From NCBI GenBank assembly GCA_964187785.1, contig OZ076409.1:47060001-47124000 (forward strand): a stretch of DNA of 64,000 bases. Reading direction: 5' to 3'. Origin of the DNA: Amphiscolops sp. MND2022. Lineage: Eukaryota. Position numbers and translations under genes: made by a program. Shown one piece after another: positions 62,901 to 64,000 of this stretch. Each line of letters begins with the position of its first letter. Within the stretch, counting starts at the first letter, position 1. A model generated the notes under the pieces. It did no database searches. It worked only from the letters and a program-made list of their open reading frames with translations, and was not told the origin of the DNA.

Positions 62901-63900
62901 CCAGATTCCTCGAGGCAGACACGGTAGCGGGATACCCTTCCGATGAAGTATACAGGTTACGAAGATCCTCGTTGGAATTTAGTGCACCACTAGTATAGCC
63001 ATAAATTTCAGACACAGTACTGTCTTCTCCCGAACTAGATTCGTACCCAGGGACAACCGTCCCAGACCTGCGGTTTAAATTCCCGGATGGGCGTTTGTCG
63101 AGGGGATTTCCTTGTGTTACTCGTACCAGTAACGACTTCATCATGTGGTATAAAGAGATCACGGACTCGTCGGCATTTGTCCTCAACTCATGATGTACAT
63201 GGCTTTCACTAAAGGCTATAATGCTATGCCCTAGTGGCAACGAGATCGGAACGTTCTCACTGTAGCATTTCCTTGGCGTCCCGTCCACTTGCAGTGAGCT
63301 GCCTGTCTGAAAAAGCGACCTTGTATCGATTTTGAGCTTGTTCTTCGTCACGTTGGCCAGATAGAAACTCACCATCAAATTCTGGGAAAGAAGTAGGATT
63401 AAGCGTTAAAGTTGTTGGTTTAGGCACATCCCGACCTTTTCCAGAACTCTCAATATGTTGCTCCACAGCACTCGTGTTAGTATTAAAACTTAGTTAGTCG
63501 GCTGGATGATCGGAGTTTCTTCAATTACTGAATCACTTGAGTTAATGCACTTTGTACAACAGTAAGAGACTCTGTGTCTGAAACCTTAGCGGGTGCACTA
63601 AGGACTTGTTTTGCAACTTCGACAGCCTCCTCCAATCTGTGGACTTGGTAGGTTTGTTATTGTCCTTTCATTGTTCCATGTCACACTTTCATCTGTGGAG
63701 CAGCTCAAATTGGAAATTTGGGAAGGTGGCCTGACTTCCTTCTCAGGCCCAATTGGCTCAACTGTTTCTTGTTGTCCTTCATTCGTCTGATCGATATCAG
63801 CGATAGTGGATTCTGGCAAAACATCTTCAGTAGGAAGAAAAAAAACGCTTAGCGGATACCTTCCTGAATAAAAGACAATAAAGACAAACTAAGAAAACCT
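60000..63900 (-). pseudogene. Decayed antisense zinc-finger gene downstream of the decayed integrase
   Basis: TFVSGPLDP..FYCQICKTNISIYWKGAREIFRHYKTEGH; GG..FLLRNLWTQF; ORF 60426-61049 aligns to the C-terminal part of the 796-aa ORF; intron GTGAGT..TTCAG at 62209-62131. Confidence 0.8.
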
Positions 63901-64000
63901 GAAGAAGCTTGCTTGAAAAAGGGACAGGAAGTGTATGAAAGTCCTGATCAAACGCATTTCCGTTCAAAATGGACCAAAAGATCAGATCGCTTACCTGTTA

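Overview
Repeat-dense eukaryotic (most likely marine invertebrate; the taxon is a guess) genomic DNA, made almost entirely of transposable elements. The centrepiece is a complete 15.6-kb Ty3/Gypsy LTR retrotransposon on the minus strand (21569-37169). It has ~1.9-kb LTRs, an ATGTT target-site duplication, a PBS, and gag-pol joined by an A-AAA-AAC -1 frameshift site. It also has three unusual features. (1) Between pol and the 3' LTR lies an antisense, five-exon gene with four frame-preserving phase-1 GT-AG introns, encoding ~1100 aa with a BED/hAT-type C2H2 finger. (2) A separate sense ORF3 with its own TATA box runs across the PPT into the LTR. (3) gag starts ~118 codons inside the LTR, so both LTR ends are protein-coding. 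Decayed relatives repeat this plan: two more antisense zinc-finger genes (1.4-3.8 kb and 60-64 kb), three TSD-flanked solo LTRs, a partial LTR at the window start, and a truncated ORF3+LTR copy. Also present are a young non-autonomous BEL/Pao element nested in a Gypsy LTR, a decayed CR1/L2-like LINE, a Tc1 remnant, small repeats, and tentative small exons of a minus-strand host gene. No rRNA, tRNA or CRISPR features were found.
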